Shown piece by piece: positions 28,129 through 37,355 of a stretch of DNA of 53,460 nt. A program made the position numbers and the translations under genes. Within the stretch, counting starts at the first letter, position 1, and every line of letters starts with the position of its first letter. Source of the DNA: Acidobacteriota bacterium (GTDB lineage: Bacteria > Actinomycetota > Acidimicrobiia > Spongiisociales > UBA5794); the NCBI GenBank assembly GCA_022566415.1, contig JADFIY010000001.1, positions 1 through 53,460 on the forward strand. The letters run 5' to 3'. The notes beneath the pieces were generated by a model. It was not told where the DNA came from. It did no database searches and was given only the letters and a program-made list of their open reading frames with translations.

Positions 28129-28252
28129 ACCCACCAAGGCCCGAAGAGTCAGCGACGCCCCGCGCCGGGATTCGGGCGGGCTTGCGAAAGTCCCGAAGGT
28201 GATGCGGGTCCGCCTCGCGGCAGCCCTCCCAGTCGCTCGGTCGGCGGCCGAC

Positions 28253-28693
28253 CTACTTCTGGTAGACGACCTCCATCATCATGCCTGCCTCGTAGTGGCC
28301 TGGGATCAAGCAGACGACCCAGCCGTACTCACCGTCGAAGGTCACGGTCAGCTCGCCGGTCTCACCTGAAGCCAGGGTCAGCTTTTCAGCCATGTCCATG
28401 TCGTCCATGCCTTCGTCGTGCTCGTCGTGGCCCCCTTCGAGATGCTCCTCGATGGCGGCATCGTTCGATAGCTCGAACTCGTGCTCGGCAACGCCGTCGT
28501 TTGTCACGACGAACCTCACCGTCTCACCTTGCTCGACCTCGACCACGGCGGGGCTGAAGTAGAATTCGGACAACGTGACCGCCACAACCCGAATGCCGTC
28601 GCTCCCGAGGTCGGTTGGTAGGTCATCGGCGGCAGTTCCGCACGCCGCTGCGACCAACACCGCGGCGAGAGCGAGTGTCAGGGTCTTCTTCAT
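28253..28693 (-). CDS. Cupredoxin-fold (plastocyanin/azurin-like) copper lipoprotein
   Basis: Signal peptide with Cys (LVAAACG). Type-1 Cu ligand pattern H (AEHEF) ... C-x4-H-x4-M (CLIPGHYEAGM). A His/Asp/Met-rich insert (HLEGGHDEHDEGMDDMDM). Strong AAGGAGG RBS. Confidence 0.8.
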   Translation of the reverse strand: MKKTLTLALAAVLVAAACGTAADDLPTDLGSDGIRVVAVTLSEFYFSPAVVEVEQGETVRFVVTNDGVAEHEFELSNDAAIEEHLEGGHDEHDEGMDDMDMAEKLTLASGETGELTVTFDGEYGWVVCLIPGHYEAGMMMEVVYQK

Positions 28694-28945
28694 GTGCTCC
28701 TCCTTGTGAATCGTTTCTCAAGGGTCTCGTACATGTAACGCGAACGAGGGACACCCCATCAGGGCCGAAAGACCCTTCTCGCTTCGGGGCCGTGACGTAG
28801 GGGCTCGCGAGACTTCCGAAAAACTTCCGCGGCGAAGCCTTTCGGGTGATGGAGGGTTCACTGCGAAAGGTGAACGGGTTTGCCCTCTTCGCACCTCGGC
28901 ACTTTTCACAAGCTCCCGACAGACGACAGGCCCCACTGTTAGCCA

Positions 28946-29032
28946 GAGGGGGCAACCAAGGCCGAGGTCCTGGCCGCGGCCGACGGTCATGTGCTCGGCG
29001 AAGCGGTGTTGGTGGGCGCCTGCGCCAGATAG
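28946..29032 (+). pseudogene. 3'-terminal remnant of a second PEBP-family gene
   Basis: Translates PEGATKAEVLAAADGHVLGEAVLVGACAR*, against AEGATKVEVLAAAEGHVLGDAVLMGTYAR* at 27191-27277. A TAG sits immediately upstream in frame. Nucleotide similarity continues ~95 nt past both stops. Confidence 0.65.
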
Positions 29033-29313
29033 GCGTCGTCGGGCTACCCAGCCGACGATCGCGGGGCCGTTGAGTTTCTAGGGCTGTCTCGGACCCGGTT
29101 TAGCTCTGCATCCTCGGGTCCGAGGCAAACTCACGCCGCTCGGTCGAATGTCCTCCGACAACGCTCACAGGCGGCGACGGGACAGCGGTTGACGGCCACC
29201 GCCGTGACGCCGGCTTTCGCAAACCACGCTTCGAGCGCCTTGTCGTTGCCAATGTCTGGTGTCGTTCGTTTCATCATGTCAACACCGTATCTGTTGGGTG
29301 TGACACGTTTGGA

Positions 29314-29334
29314 GTCGCAAGTCGCAAATCGCAA
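29314..29334 (+). repeat. Three heptamers GTCGCAA GTCGCAA ATCGCAA upstream of the RidA-family gene
   Basis: Direct reading. Same motif as 36358-36371 and, reverse-complemented, 1545-1565. Confidence 0.65.
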
Positions 29335-29355
29335 GTACCCGCTTAGCATCAACTG

Positions 29356-29739
29356 ATGCCGAGACAGTACGTCAGGTCGGGCTCCCCGTATGAAGAGCGT
29401 TATGGGTTCTCCCGCGGGGTGCGCTTCGGGGACCGCATCGAGATCGCCGGGACCGCACCCATCCCGCCAGAGGGGGAACCGGTCGCCGCCACCGCCTACG
29501 AGCAGATGTTGCGTTGCGGCGAGATCGCCATCGCCGCCTTGGCCGAGTTCGGGGCACCGCCGTCCGACGTGGTTCGCACCCGGATGTACATCACCGACGC
29601 CGCCGACTCTGACGACATCGGTCGTGCCCACCGCGAGCTGTTCGGCGAGGCGGCACCCGCGGCAACGATGATCGTCGTCGCTGCGCTGTTGGATCCGGCG
29701 TGGAAGGTCGAGCTTGAGGTGGAAGCCGCGGTCGACTAG
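29356..29739 (+). CDS. RidA/YjgF/Endoribonuclease L-PSP family protein
   Basis: 127 aa with GDRIEIAGT, VVRTRMYITD and VELEVEA, typical of the family. Confidence 0.88.
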   Translation: MPRQYVRSGSPYEERYGFSRGVRFGDRIEIAGTAPIPPEGEPVAATAYEQMLRCGEIAIAALAEFGAPPSDVVRTRMYITDAADSDDIGRAHRELFGEAAPAATMIVVAALLDPAWKVELEVEAAVD

Positions 29740-29848
29740 GAGGGTGTTGAACAATGACGAGTGCTACGGGCCGCCGCCTGCTCGAGCGTTGCGGTGACTC
29801 GGTTTCTCCCGGCCGCGACGGCCCGCTGGAGAATTGCACAACACCCGA

Positions 29849-32800
29849 CTAGGCCTCGGCGGCCTCGGACCCAGAGACCCCCTCGATCTCGTCGAGTTGC
29901 GCGAGAAGTCGATCGGCGCCCATTCGTTCTGCTTGCTCTCGGGCGGCGGCGATCGTCGGGCCAAGCCGATCGTCACTCAGCACACGTGCGGCGTCGATTC
30001 GGGCCAGGGTGGCGTCGGTGGTTCGGCCGAAGTCTTCAGCGACGGCGACGGCTTCCAGAAAATACTCGACGGCCTTCTCGAGATCGCCGCGGGCCTCCGC
30101 CAGGTGCCCCTCGGCGCGCGCCCGGCCAACGGTTGCCGCGCTCCCGATCGCCGGCGACCCCTCCAGCAGCATCTCGATGCGATCGATGTCTTCGAGCCGT
30201 GCCAGCGGCCCGGTCGCCCATGGCATCCAGATCGTGCGAAAGACCTCCGTTGCGGTATCGCCGAACTCGTCGGTCATCGCGATTGCGTCTGCAATGGCGC
30301 CTTCATCGAAGGCCATCGTGACGGCAACCCCAAGAAGCGGTGCCAGCACCTGCAGATCCCGGATCTCACGTCCGTTCTCGAGCAGTTCGGCCCAGTCGGC
30401 ACGTGCAGTGTCCACGCCTTGATAGTGCTCGATGAAGGCGATGTGCGACCGGGCGCCTCCGCCTGCCTGGCTCCCCCCGCGCTCATCGTCGGCCTCGACG
30501 ACCCCCCGGGCGAGCGCAACCGACTCGGCCCAGTCGCCGGTCGAGATGAGGATCCCGGACTTCGTGGATCGGAGCCACTCCGCAGACCTCGGAAGGCCGC
30601 GCTCCTCGGCCAATTCGATGCCTTCGTTGATCATCGCCACCGCGTCTTGCGGCGATCGCAGTTGCTCGGTCAGCGCTGCCAGGTTGTTGCGAATGGTTGC
30701 GGATCGGTAGGAAAAGTTGCGGTCGTCTGCGATTCCCATTGCCGTGGCCATGTCTTCAAGCCCCTCATCGCTGAGCCCGGTGTTGGCCAGAGCGGCGCCT
30801 CTGAGCGACAGCAGCTTGATCTGGTCTTCGGCGGTACCTGCGGCATCGACGACGGGTGCCGCCTGATCCGCCGCGGCGACCGCCTCTGCATCCAGCCCGC
30901 GGAGAAAGAGCTTGCCAACGCTGTTCACCAACGCCGCTGCCTTGGCCTCGGAGTCGGGCCGGTTCTCGACCAGGGCGATCGACTCGCGGATCAGCTCGTC
31001 GGCACGTTCGGTTTCACCTCGCCACCAGGCCCAGCCGGACATCTGGGTGAGCGCGTCCGCCTGCCCTTCGGGATCGCCGGCCTCCCGGTAAAGGGCGAGC
31101 GACTCCTCGAGCCACTGCTCCGCCTGGTCGACATCGTCCTGGCTGAGCTGTCCTGCCCACAACAGCGCCTCCGCACGATCGGTGTTGGATTCAGCGGCGT
31201 CGACCGCCTTGAGGTAATACAAGGCCCCGTGGGTCGGATCGAGGCTACGCGCCCGCTCACCGGCCTGCATGAGCACCCGATAGGCCCGAGCCCGAAGCTC
31301 GGGGCCGGGATCGGAGATCAGTGTTAGCGCTTCACCGAGGTGGTAGGCGAGGAGCTCGGCGACGTCTACGCCGCGCTCGCCGCTCACCGCCTCGATCCAG
31401 CTCGCTGCCGCCTGATGCATCTCGGCACGGTCGCCACGGGCAATCTGGCCGTAAGCGACATCGCGGACCAGGGCATGGACAAAGGCGTATTCCTCCTGGC
31501 CGTATATCGAGGTGTCCCGGATGGGCCTGATCATCTCCCGCCGCATCAACTCGCGCAACGTCGATAGCGGGTGCGCCGTGGGGCGTAGCGCCGCCACAGC
31601 TCCCGACCAGAACACCTTGCCCATGACCGCGGCCGCTTGCAAGGTCTCCTTCTCTTCGGTGCTGAGCAAATCGAGACGAGCCGCGATGATCGCCTGCACC
31701 GAGTCGGGCAGGGCCAAGTTCACGATCTCGCCCGTTTTGTCGAGGAGGTCGCTGTCGGCGGCGAAACGGACGAACTCGGTGACGTAGAGGGGGTTGCCTC
31801 CGGCCCGTTCCAGGATCATCTGCTGGGTCTCTGCGGGCAGAACGGCGCGGTCGAGCAGGGCAGCCAGCAGCACCGCGGCATCGTCGTTGGCCAGCGGGTT
31901 CAGGCTGATCGTGGTCGCGTTGCGAATGCCCCCGCCCCAAGTGGGCCGGCTGGCCAGCAGCTCGGGGCGGGCTGCGGCAACGAGCAAGATCGGGGTGTCG
32001 ACCGCCCATTCGGCCAGGTACTCGAGGAAGTCGAGCAAGGCGTCGTCGGCCCAATGGATGTCCTCGACGACAAGCACCAGCGGATGCCGCTGAGCCATCG
32101 CCTCGAGGAATCGGAGCCAGGCGGAGAAAAGCTCACCTTGCTCGATCTTTTGCCCTTCCGAACTCCCGCCGGCGAGGGGCGCGAGACGGGACAGCACCCA
32201 TTCCGCTTGAGCCGGATCGGCGATCAGCGTGGTCACGGCATGACGGAGCTTGCGGTCGGCGTCGGACTCGGTATCGGACTCCAGGATCCCGGCTTGGGCT
32301 TTCACGATCTCGCCGAGGGCCCAGAATGTGATCCCCTCGCCGTAGGGGAGACAGCGCCCCTGCTTCCACCAGAATGTATCGGTCCTCGTGTCGAGCACAG
32401 CCCTGAATTCGTGGAGGAGGCGGCTCTTGCCGGCGCCTGGCTCGCCGACCACCGTGACTAGCTGGATAGTCTCGCTGGCGGTCGTCCGATCCAACGAGTC
32501 AACGAGGATCGCCAGCTCGGCGGCGCGTCCCACGAACGGGCCCTTATGACGCTCCTCGACGGCGACCCCCTGGCGCGCTCGTGTACCGGTGGCGAGCCAG
32601 ATCGCCGTGGGGTCGGCCTTGCCCCTGAGGTCGACCGTATCGAGATCATCGAAGGCGATGTCTCGGCGTGACGCCAGGTAGGTGCGCTCGTCCACCACCA
32701 CTCCTCCTGGTGGGGCCACCGCCTCGAGCCGCGACGCGGTGTTGACAACGTCGCCGATGATCGTCTCCCGGTCCTGGTCGTCACCGTCGAGCTGGACGAT

Positions 32801-33313
32801 GGCCTCGCCCGTGGTCACTGCCACTCGCACCGCAAGGGCAAGGTCGGGGTCGTTGTCGTTGAGCCCGTCGATCGCCTCTTGCAGGCGAAGCGCGGCACGT
32901 ACCGCCCGCTCCGGATCGTCCTCATGGGCGGCGGGAACCCCAAAGACGGCGAATACGCCGTCGCCCATCAGCTTCTCGACCCGACCGCCGTGAGCTTCCA
33001 CCTGTTCTCGAGCGGTCTGGTGATAGATGGTGAGTCGGGCACGGACGTCCTCCGGGTCGGAACGCTCGGTCCGTTCGGTGAACCCGACCAGGTCGGCGAA
33101 CAGTACCGACACCACTTTGCGCTCCTCAGCCGGTCGGGTGCCGGCCGCTGCCTCCCCGTGCAGTGCGGTTCCGCAGGTGGCGCAGAAGTGCGCGTCGGGT
33201 GCGGCGTCGGCACCGCACGAAGGACAGGTTGCGCTGAGCGAGGTACCACACGAGGCGCAAAATCGCGCTCCCGGGGCAGCTTCAGCGCTGCACGAAGGAC
33301 AGGCGATTGTCAT
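29849..33313 (-). CDS. Double-zinc-ribbon + class III adenylate/guanylate cyclase + P-loop NTPase + TPR (STAND-like) signalling protein
   Basis: 1154 aa. N-terminus CPSC..CASCG..CPSCG..CATCG. Cyclase domain ([31 protein letters not shown]). Walker A GEPGAGKS. Long TPR-like C-terminus. Confidence 0.9.
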   Translation of the reverse strand: MTIACPSCSAEAAPGARFCASCGTSLSATCPSCGADAAPDAHFCATCGTALHGEAAAGTRPAEERKVVSVLFADLVGFTERTERSDPEDVRARLTIYHQTAREQVEAHGGRVEKLMGDGVFAVFGVPAAHEDDPERAVRAALRLQEAIDGLNDNDPDLALAVRVAVTTGEAIVQLDGDDQDRETIIGDVVNTASRLEAVAPPGGVVVDERTYLASRRDIAFDDLDTVDLRGKADPTAIWLATGTRARQGVAVEERHKGPFVGRAAELAILVDSLDRTTASETIQLVTVVGEPGAGKSRLLHEFRAVLDTRTDTFWWKQGRCLPYGEGITFWALGEIVKAQAGILESDTESDADRKLRHAVTTLIADPAQAEWVLSRLAPLAGGSSEGQKIEQGELFSAWLRFLEAMAQRHPLVLVVEDIHWADDALLDFLEYLAEWAVDTPILLVAAARPELLASRPTWGGGIRNATTISLNPLANDDAAVLLAALLDRAVLPAETQQMILERAGGNPLYVTEFVRFAADSDLLDKTGEIVNLALPDSVQAIIAARLDLLSTEEKETLQAAAVMGKVFWSGAVAALRPTAHPLSTLRELMRREMIRPIRDTSIYGQEEYAFVHALVRDVAYGQIARGDRAEMHQAAASWIEAVSGERGVDVAELLAYHLGEALTLISDPGPELRARAYRVLMQAGERARSLDPTHGALYYLKAVDAAESNTDRAEALLWAGQLSQDDVDQAEQWLEESLALYREAGDPEGQADALTQMSGWAWWRGETERADELIRESIALVENRPDSEAKAAALVNSVGKLFLRGLDAEAVAAADQAAPVVDAAGTAEDQIKLLSLRGAALANTGLSDEGLEDMATAMGIADDRNFSYRSATIRNNLAALTEQLRSPQDAVAMINEGIELAEERGLPRSAEWLRSTKSGILISTGDWAESVALARGVVEADDERGGSQAGGGARSHIAFIEHYQGVDTARADWAELLENGREIRDLQVLAPLLGVAVTMAFDEGAIADAIAMTDEFGDTATEVFRTIWMPWATGPLARLEDIDRIEMLLEGSPAIGSAATVGRARAEGHLAEARGDLEKAVEYFLEAVAVAEDFGRTTDATLARIDAARVLSDDRLGPTIAAAREQAERMGADRLLAQLDEIEGVSGSEAAEA

Positions 33314-33370
33314 GGGGCAACTCTAGGTGCAACGTCGCCGATTGAACCGAGGCGCGGTAGCCTGTCGCAC

Positions 33371-33766
33371 ATGACAGATCACACCGAATCTTCGCTGAAG
33401 GAGTGGCTCACGCCCCTCCAGTTCCACGTCACTCAGGAGGCGGGGACCGAGCGCCCCTTCACCGGCGAGTTCTGGGATAACCATGACTCAGGCACGTATG
33501 TGTGCGTGGTGTGCGGGGAACCCTTGTTCTCGAGCGAGACCAAGTTCGAGTCGGGCAGCGGATGGCCCAGTTTCTACGAGCCGACCGCTGAAGCTGCCGT
33601 AAAAAGCAAGGTCGATCGCAGTCTGCTGATGAAGCGCACCGAGGTGGCGTGTATGAACTGCGGAGCCCACCTCGGCCACGTTTTCAACGATGGCCCGAAT
33701 CCGACAGGGCTCCGCTACTGCATCAACTCAGCGTCGCTGGATTTCGATGGGAGCGACGAGACCTAG
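33371..33766 (+). CDS. msrB: Peptide-methionine (R)-S-oxide reductase
   Basis: CVVCGEPLF...GWPSF...[12 protein letters not shown]...RYCINS. Start at ATG 33371. Confidence 0.95.
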   Translation: MTDHTESSLKEWLTPLQFHVTQEAGTERPFTGEFWDNHDSGTYVCVVCGEPLFSSETKFESGSGWPSFYEPTAEAAVKSKVDRSLLMKRTEVACMNCGAHLGHVFNDGPNPTGLRYCINSASLDFDGSDET

Positions 33767-33860
33767 GCCCGTTCAACGGGGCACGGCGGTGGCTGACTAC
33801 GCGCTGGGGGACCTCGATAGCGCAGTGCCCGCGAGTGGGTGCCCGACCATCACCCGAGGC

Positions 33861-34607
33861 CTACAAGGCGAAGGGCACGACCCAGCGCCACACCACGACG
33901 AAGTGCAGGGCGGTGGCGGAGACGGTCATGATGTGGAACACCTCGTGATACGAGAACACCCTTGGCCATAGCAGGGGCCGGTTGGTGACGAGGAACACCA
34001 TCCCGATCGTGTAGATGACGCCGCCGGCCGCTATCCAGCCTATCGGTAGCCATCCCAGGCGCTCGATGAGCGGCCAGATGAACAGCAGCGACAGCCACCC
34101 AAGCGCGGTGCTCATCGCCACCGGCACCCATCCGGGAACCTTTGGGAACAGACCCTGTTGCAAGACGCCGCTGATGGCGATGCCCCAGGCGATTGCGAGC
34201 ACGATCCACCGCAACGGGCCATCCAGCACGATGACCGCAAACGGCGTATACGTGCCGGCGATGAGTATGAAGATCATGGAGCGGTCCAGCCGCTGCATGC
34301 GCTTCTTCCACCGCTCTCGCCACGGGATGGCGTGGTACAGAGAGCTCGTGGTGTAGAGGGCCACGATGGCGAGGCCAAACACCATCACGCCCGCCCGGCG
34401 CGACCAGGTCGGAGCATGAAGGATCAGCAACACCGTTCCCACCATCCCGGCGAGCGCGGCGCTGCCGTGGAGGATGCCCCTCACCGGGTTCTGCATCCTC
34501 CCCAGCGTCCGACGAGGCAGGTGAAAGTGCACATCGACAGCGTACCGATGAGCGTCGGTAACGGATTCCATTACTGGAGCGGCCATAGATGTTGTATCGG
34601 CCGCCAA
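33861..34607 (-). CDS. Hemolysin III / PAQR-family membrane protein
   Basis: 248 aa, 7 TM, with SSLYH, DRSMIFILIAGTYTPF and HEVFHIMTV motifs. Confidence 0.88.
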   Translation of the reverse strand: MAADTTSMAAPVMESVTDAHRYAVDVHFHLPRRTLGRMQNPVRGILHGSAALAGMVGTVLLILHAPTWSRRAGVMVFGLAIVALYTTSSLYHAIPWRERWKKRMQRLDRSMIFILIAGTYTPFAVIVLDGPLRWIVLAIAWGIAISGVLQQGLFPKVPGWVPVAMSTALGWLSLLFIWPLIERLGWLPIGWIAAGGVIYTIGMVFLVTNRPLLWPRVFSYHEVFHIMTVSATALHFVVVWRWVVPFAL

Positions 34608-34682
34608 TGGGGGGTGGGTTAATGCCGAGTTGGTAACCCCGGATCACGATTACCAGCCCACTGGCATCAGCTCAGTGGTGAT

Positions 34683-34710
34683 CTACCAGCTACCAGCGAC
34701 CAACTGCCTA
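34683..34710 (-). repeat. Four phased heptamers just downstream of the minus-strand gene ending at 34714
   Basis: Plus-strand reading CTACCAG CTACCAG CGACCAA CTGCCTA. Confidence 0.5.
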
Positions 34711-34713
34711 CGT

Positions 34714-35106
34714 TCAGCGGTGACGGGTTTGCTTGATGCCGGAGCTGCGCAATGTCGAGGCCGGCACCCCGGCCTCACGCCAGGCCGTCCAGGTGATGCC
34801 CTTCCGGTCGGAGTATGAGGCGGCGTGCTCGATGAACCCTGGCTCGAGCGCCTCGAGGTCGGCGGCGCTGTCGAGGTCGTCGAGGGCACGTTGGGTGTCG
34901 ATCCTGGCCTGGATCAGCTCGACCCTGGCGAGCGGATCGTCCTCAGTACCCACCTTCTCGTCGAGGGATACGATCTTCTCCTCGAGCAAGGCTCGCGTCA
35001 CCGGCCTGCCCCGCTTCTTCGGTATGGTCGCGACTGCGAGATACGCCTTGATTGCCCTGGCTTCGGCACGCCCCTGGGCCAGCGCCGCCTTGTGTTCCTC
35101 CGACAT
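34714..35106 (-). CDS. Hypothetical protein with an AT-hook-like KKRGRP motif
   Basis: Start taken at ATG 35106 (MSEEHKAALAQGRAEARAIKAYL). Contains PKKRGRPVT and a C-terminus loosely reminiscent of Lsr2-type DNA-binding tails. No firm family assignment. Confidence 0.5.
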   Translation of the reverse strand: MSEEHKAALAQGRAEARAIKAYLAVATIPKKRGRPVTRALLEEKIVSLDEKVGTEDDPLARVELIQARIDTQRALDDLDSAADLEALEPGFIEHAASYSDRKGITWTAWREAGVPASTLRSSGIKQTRHR

Positions 35107-35565
35107 GGCCACGATGGCTCTCCCCTTTCTGTCGTCCACATCTTGGCACCAAGCTGCGCTTTCAAACAAAGCGGCGAGCGGGCGTCGAGGCGCCCTTCCG
35201 CCTCAGTGCTCGTCCGCCTCAGTGCTCTCCCGTTCCAGCGCCTTGGTGGACTCCTGCCAGGCCTTCTTGTGCTCACCGCCTTGTCGAGCTCGCAATCGTC
35301 ATCGGCCGTCGCCGCCAAACGCCATCTCGTCGCTCGCTGCGATCAACGGCAGGAGGGCCGCCAGCATGGCGAGCGGTGCGAACCATGGTACGGGCGAGCT
35401 TCTTCGGCTTGTCACGAGCACGTCGTCCGCTTGCGTGGTCATGGCCGGCCGGCAGCACCCGCCATCGATTGCCTAGCCACTGCGCACAACCACCACTCCC
35501 TGCTGGCTGCGCCGAAACCGGTTAGGGCGAGCGCCCTATTCACCATTCGCCGGCAAACTCCTAGC

Positions 35566-36357
35566 ATGCGGCGCATGGGATTCGGGGATCTGGCCACACG
35601 CCCCCTCTACCGCCTTTACGAGGGGCACCTGCTCTCCGGACTCGACCGGAGCAAGCTGCCTCAGCACATCGGGGTGATCCACGACGGCCACCGCAGATAC
35701 GCCAGGAGCGAAGGCCTGCCCGACTACGCGGCGTCGTACCGGGTCGGGATGGCCAAGTTCATCGAGTTCCTGCAATGGACCGAGGACCTCGAAATCCCCA
35801 CCGTTACCTGCTGGCTCCTATCGAAGGAGAACCTGGAGCGCCCCGACGCGGAGCTGGTTCCCTACTACGAGGTGCTCGAGGAGCTGTTCGAGGAGATTCC
35901 AGCCGCTCTGGCGGCGCACGACGTTGGGGTTGGCTTCATCGGGAGCCTCGACCTATTGCCGCCCGATCTCGTCGCCGAGGCAAAGACGCTGGAAGAACGG
36001 ATGCCGGACGGCGAACGACGGCTGACGATCGCACTGGCGTATGGGGGCCGCCAGGAGATCGTCGATGCGGTGAAAGACCTTGTTGGCACTTTGGCCGACG
36101 AAGGCATGCCGGCCGACCAGATCGTGGAACGCATCGACGCCGACGGCATCGGGGCGAACCTGTACACGGCGGGGCTCCCCGACCCGGATTTGGTGATTCG
36201 AACCTCAGGAGAGGCACGGCTTTCGGGGTTTCTGCTGTGGCAGGCCGCCTACGCCGAATACGCCTTTGTCGACGTGTACTGGCCCGCCTTTCGCCACGTC
36301 GATTTCCTGCGGGCCTTGCGGGATTTCACCCGCAGGAACCGCCGATACGGGAAATAG
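35566..36357 (+). CDS. uppS: Isoprenyl (Z-prenyl/undecaprenyl) diphosphate synthase
   Basis: HIGVIHDGHRRYA, IRTSGEARLSGFLLWQAAYAE and RRYG. Start at ATG 35566. Confidence 0.9.
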   Translation: MRRMGFGDLATRPLYRLYEGHLLSGLDRSKLPQHIGVIHDGHRRYARSEGLPDYAASYRVGMAKFIEFLQWTEDLEIPTVTCWLLSKENLERPDAELVPYYEVLEELFEEIPAALAAHDVGVGFIGSLDLLPPDLVAEAKTLEERMPDGERRLTIALAYGGRQEIVDAVKDLVGTLADEGMPADQIVERIDADGIGANLYTAGLPDPDLVIRTSGEARLSGFLLWQAAYAEYAFVDVYWPAFRHVDFLRALRDFTRRNRRYGK

Positions 36358-36429
36358 TCGCAAGTCGCAAGTCAGAACAGCTGGGAACCGGGAACTGGGG
36401 ACTGGGAACTTGAGACTGGGAACTTGGCC
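36358..36429 (+). repeat. Composite heptamer array (TCGCAAG x2, then CTGGGAA-type x7) starting at the uppS stop codon
   Basis: TCGCAAG TCGCAAG 36358-36371. Then CTGGGAA CCGGGAA CTGGGGA CTGGGAA CTTGAGA CTGGGAA CTTGGCC 36381-36429. It contains GGGaaccGGGaactGGGGactGGG 36383-36406. Confidence 0.85.
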
Positions 36430-36433
36430 TCGC

Positions 36434-37117
36434 CTATTTCGTCCTTGCATCCTTGGGCAGATGCTCTCGGTCGTTGAAGGTACGCAGCGACCAGGCAAAC
36501 CCCCCGGCGATCGGGATGGCTCGCATCCTGGCAAATGAGGCATGGTAGAGGATGAAACGCTCCCACTCCCAGGGCGTGGGGTCGGCGCCGAGAAGGTATC
36601 CGATGGCGACGGCGTTGGTGCCTCCGTGGGCGACGATCGCAATGCGTTGGTCTGGGTCGTCGACGGTCCACAGGTGCTCTTGCCGGCGATCGGGGTGCAC
36701 TCCGCGTTCGGCTAGCACCGTGGTGAGCGATCGGGTGATCCGGTCGTGGAAGCTGCGAAAGGACTCACCACCCTCCAACCCATCCCACCATTCCTCTGGC
36801 GGACGGTGGCGGGCCTCGGCGAAGATGCGCTGCACGGTCTCTTCGAGTTCGCCTGACCAATCCGGCATCTTGATCTCGATGATGTCGTCGACGGTCTTGA
36901 TGGATAAGCCGGTTTTGGCGGCGATCGGGGCTGCGGTCTCTTGCGACCGTGCTGCCGGGGACACGATGAGCTCGCTGAGCGGCCGCTTGTCGCGGACGAG
37001 GCGCGCCGCGGCCAGATCCGCCTGCCGTCTCCCCAACTCTGTCAGGTGCGGGTCGGTTTGCGATAGGCCGTCGACGGACCAGGCGGGCTGGCCGTGACGA
37101 ATGAAGAGAAGCTCCAT
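36434..37117 (-). CDS. Histidine phosphatase (phosphoglycerate mutase-like) family protein
   Basis: MELLFIRHGQP with the RHG motif, and a later HGGT motif. A GTG 37147 start is also possible. Confidence 0.8.
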   Translation of the reverse strand: MELLFIRHGQPAWSVDGLSQTDPHLTELGRRQADLAAARLVRDKRPLSELIVSPAARSQETAAPIAAKTGLSIKTVDDIIEIKMPDWSGELEETVQRIFAEARHRPPEEWWDGLEGGESFRSFHDRITRSLTTVLAERGVHPDRRQEHLWTVDDPDQRIAIVAHGGTNAVAIGYLLGADPTPWEWERFILYHASFARMRAIPIAGGFAWSLRTFNDREHLPKDARTK

Positions 37118-37355
37118 GTGAGGGAAAAGATAGATTGCTTGGGACACTTCGGGTGCTTGTACCGGCCGCTAGTTATCGGCGGTCTGGCTGGCGGCCGGAG
37201 CCGGGCAACTGGCGACTTTCTTACTCCGGACGAACCGAGGGCCGCCTTGCGGCGGCCTCGGCTCGGGCTAGACGGGAGGTAGGAAGGCATCCTGTCTGAT
37301 TAACGTATCGACTGACCCACAACCGTTCTTGAGCGACTTTCGAGATTTTTTTGTG

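Noticed and set aside
29131-29277. 48-aa ORF MMKRTTPDIGNDKALEAWFAKAGVTAVAVNRCPVAACERCRRTFDRAA on the minus strand
   Set aside because: It is the only plausible part of the 207-aa track ORF, the rest being antisense to the RidA gene. It has no family match I can recognise and no clear RBS, so it is left unannotated.
36381-36429. Heptamer arrays as Rho-utilisation (rut) sites
   Set aside because: rut sites are C-rich and G-poor on the transcript. These arrays are G-rich or balanced on the sense strand of the upstream gene.
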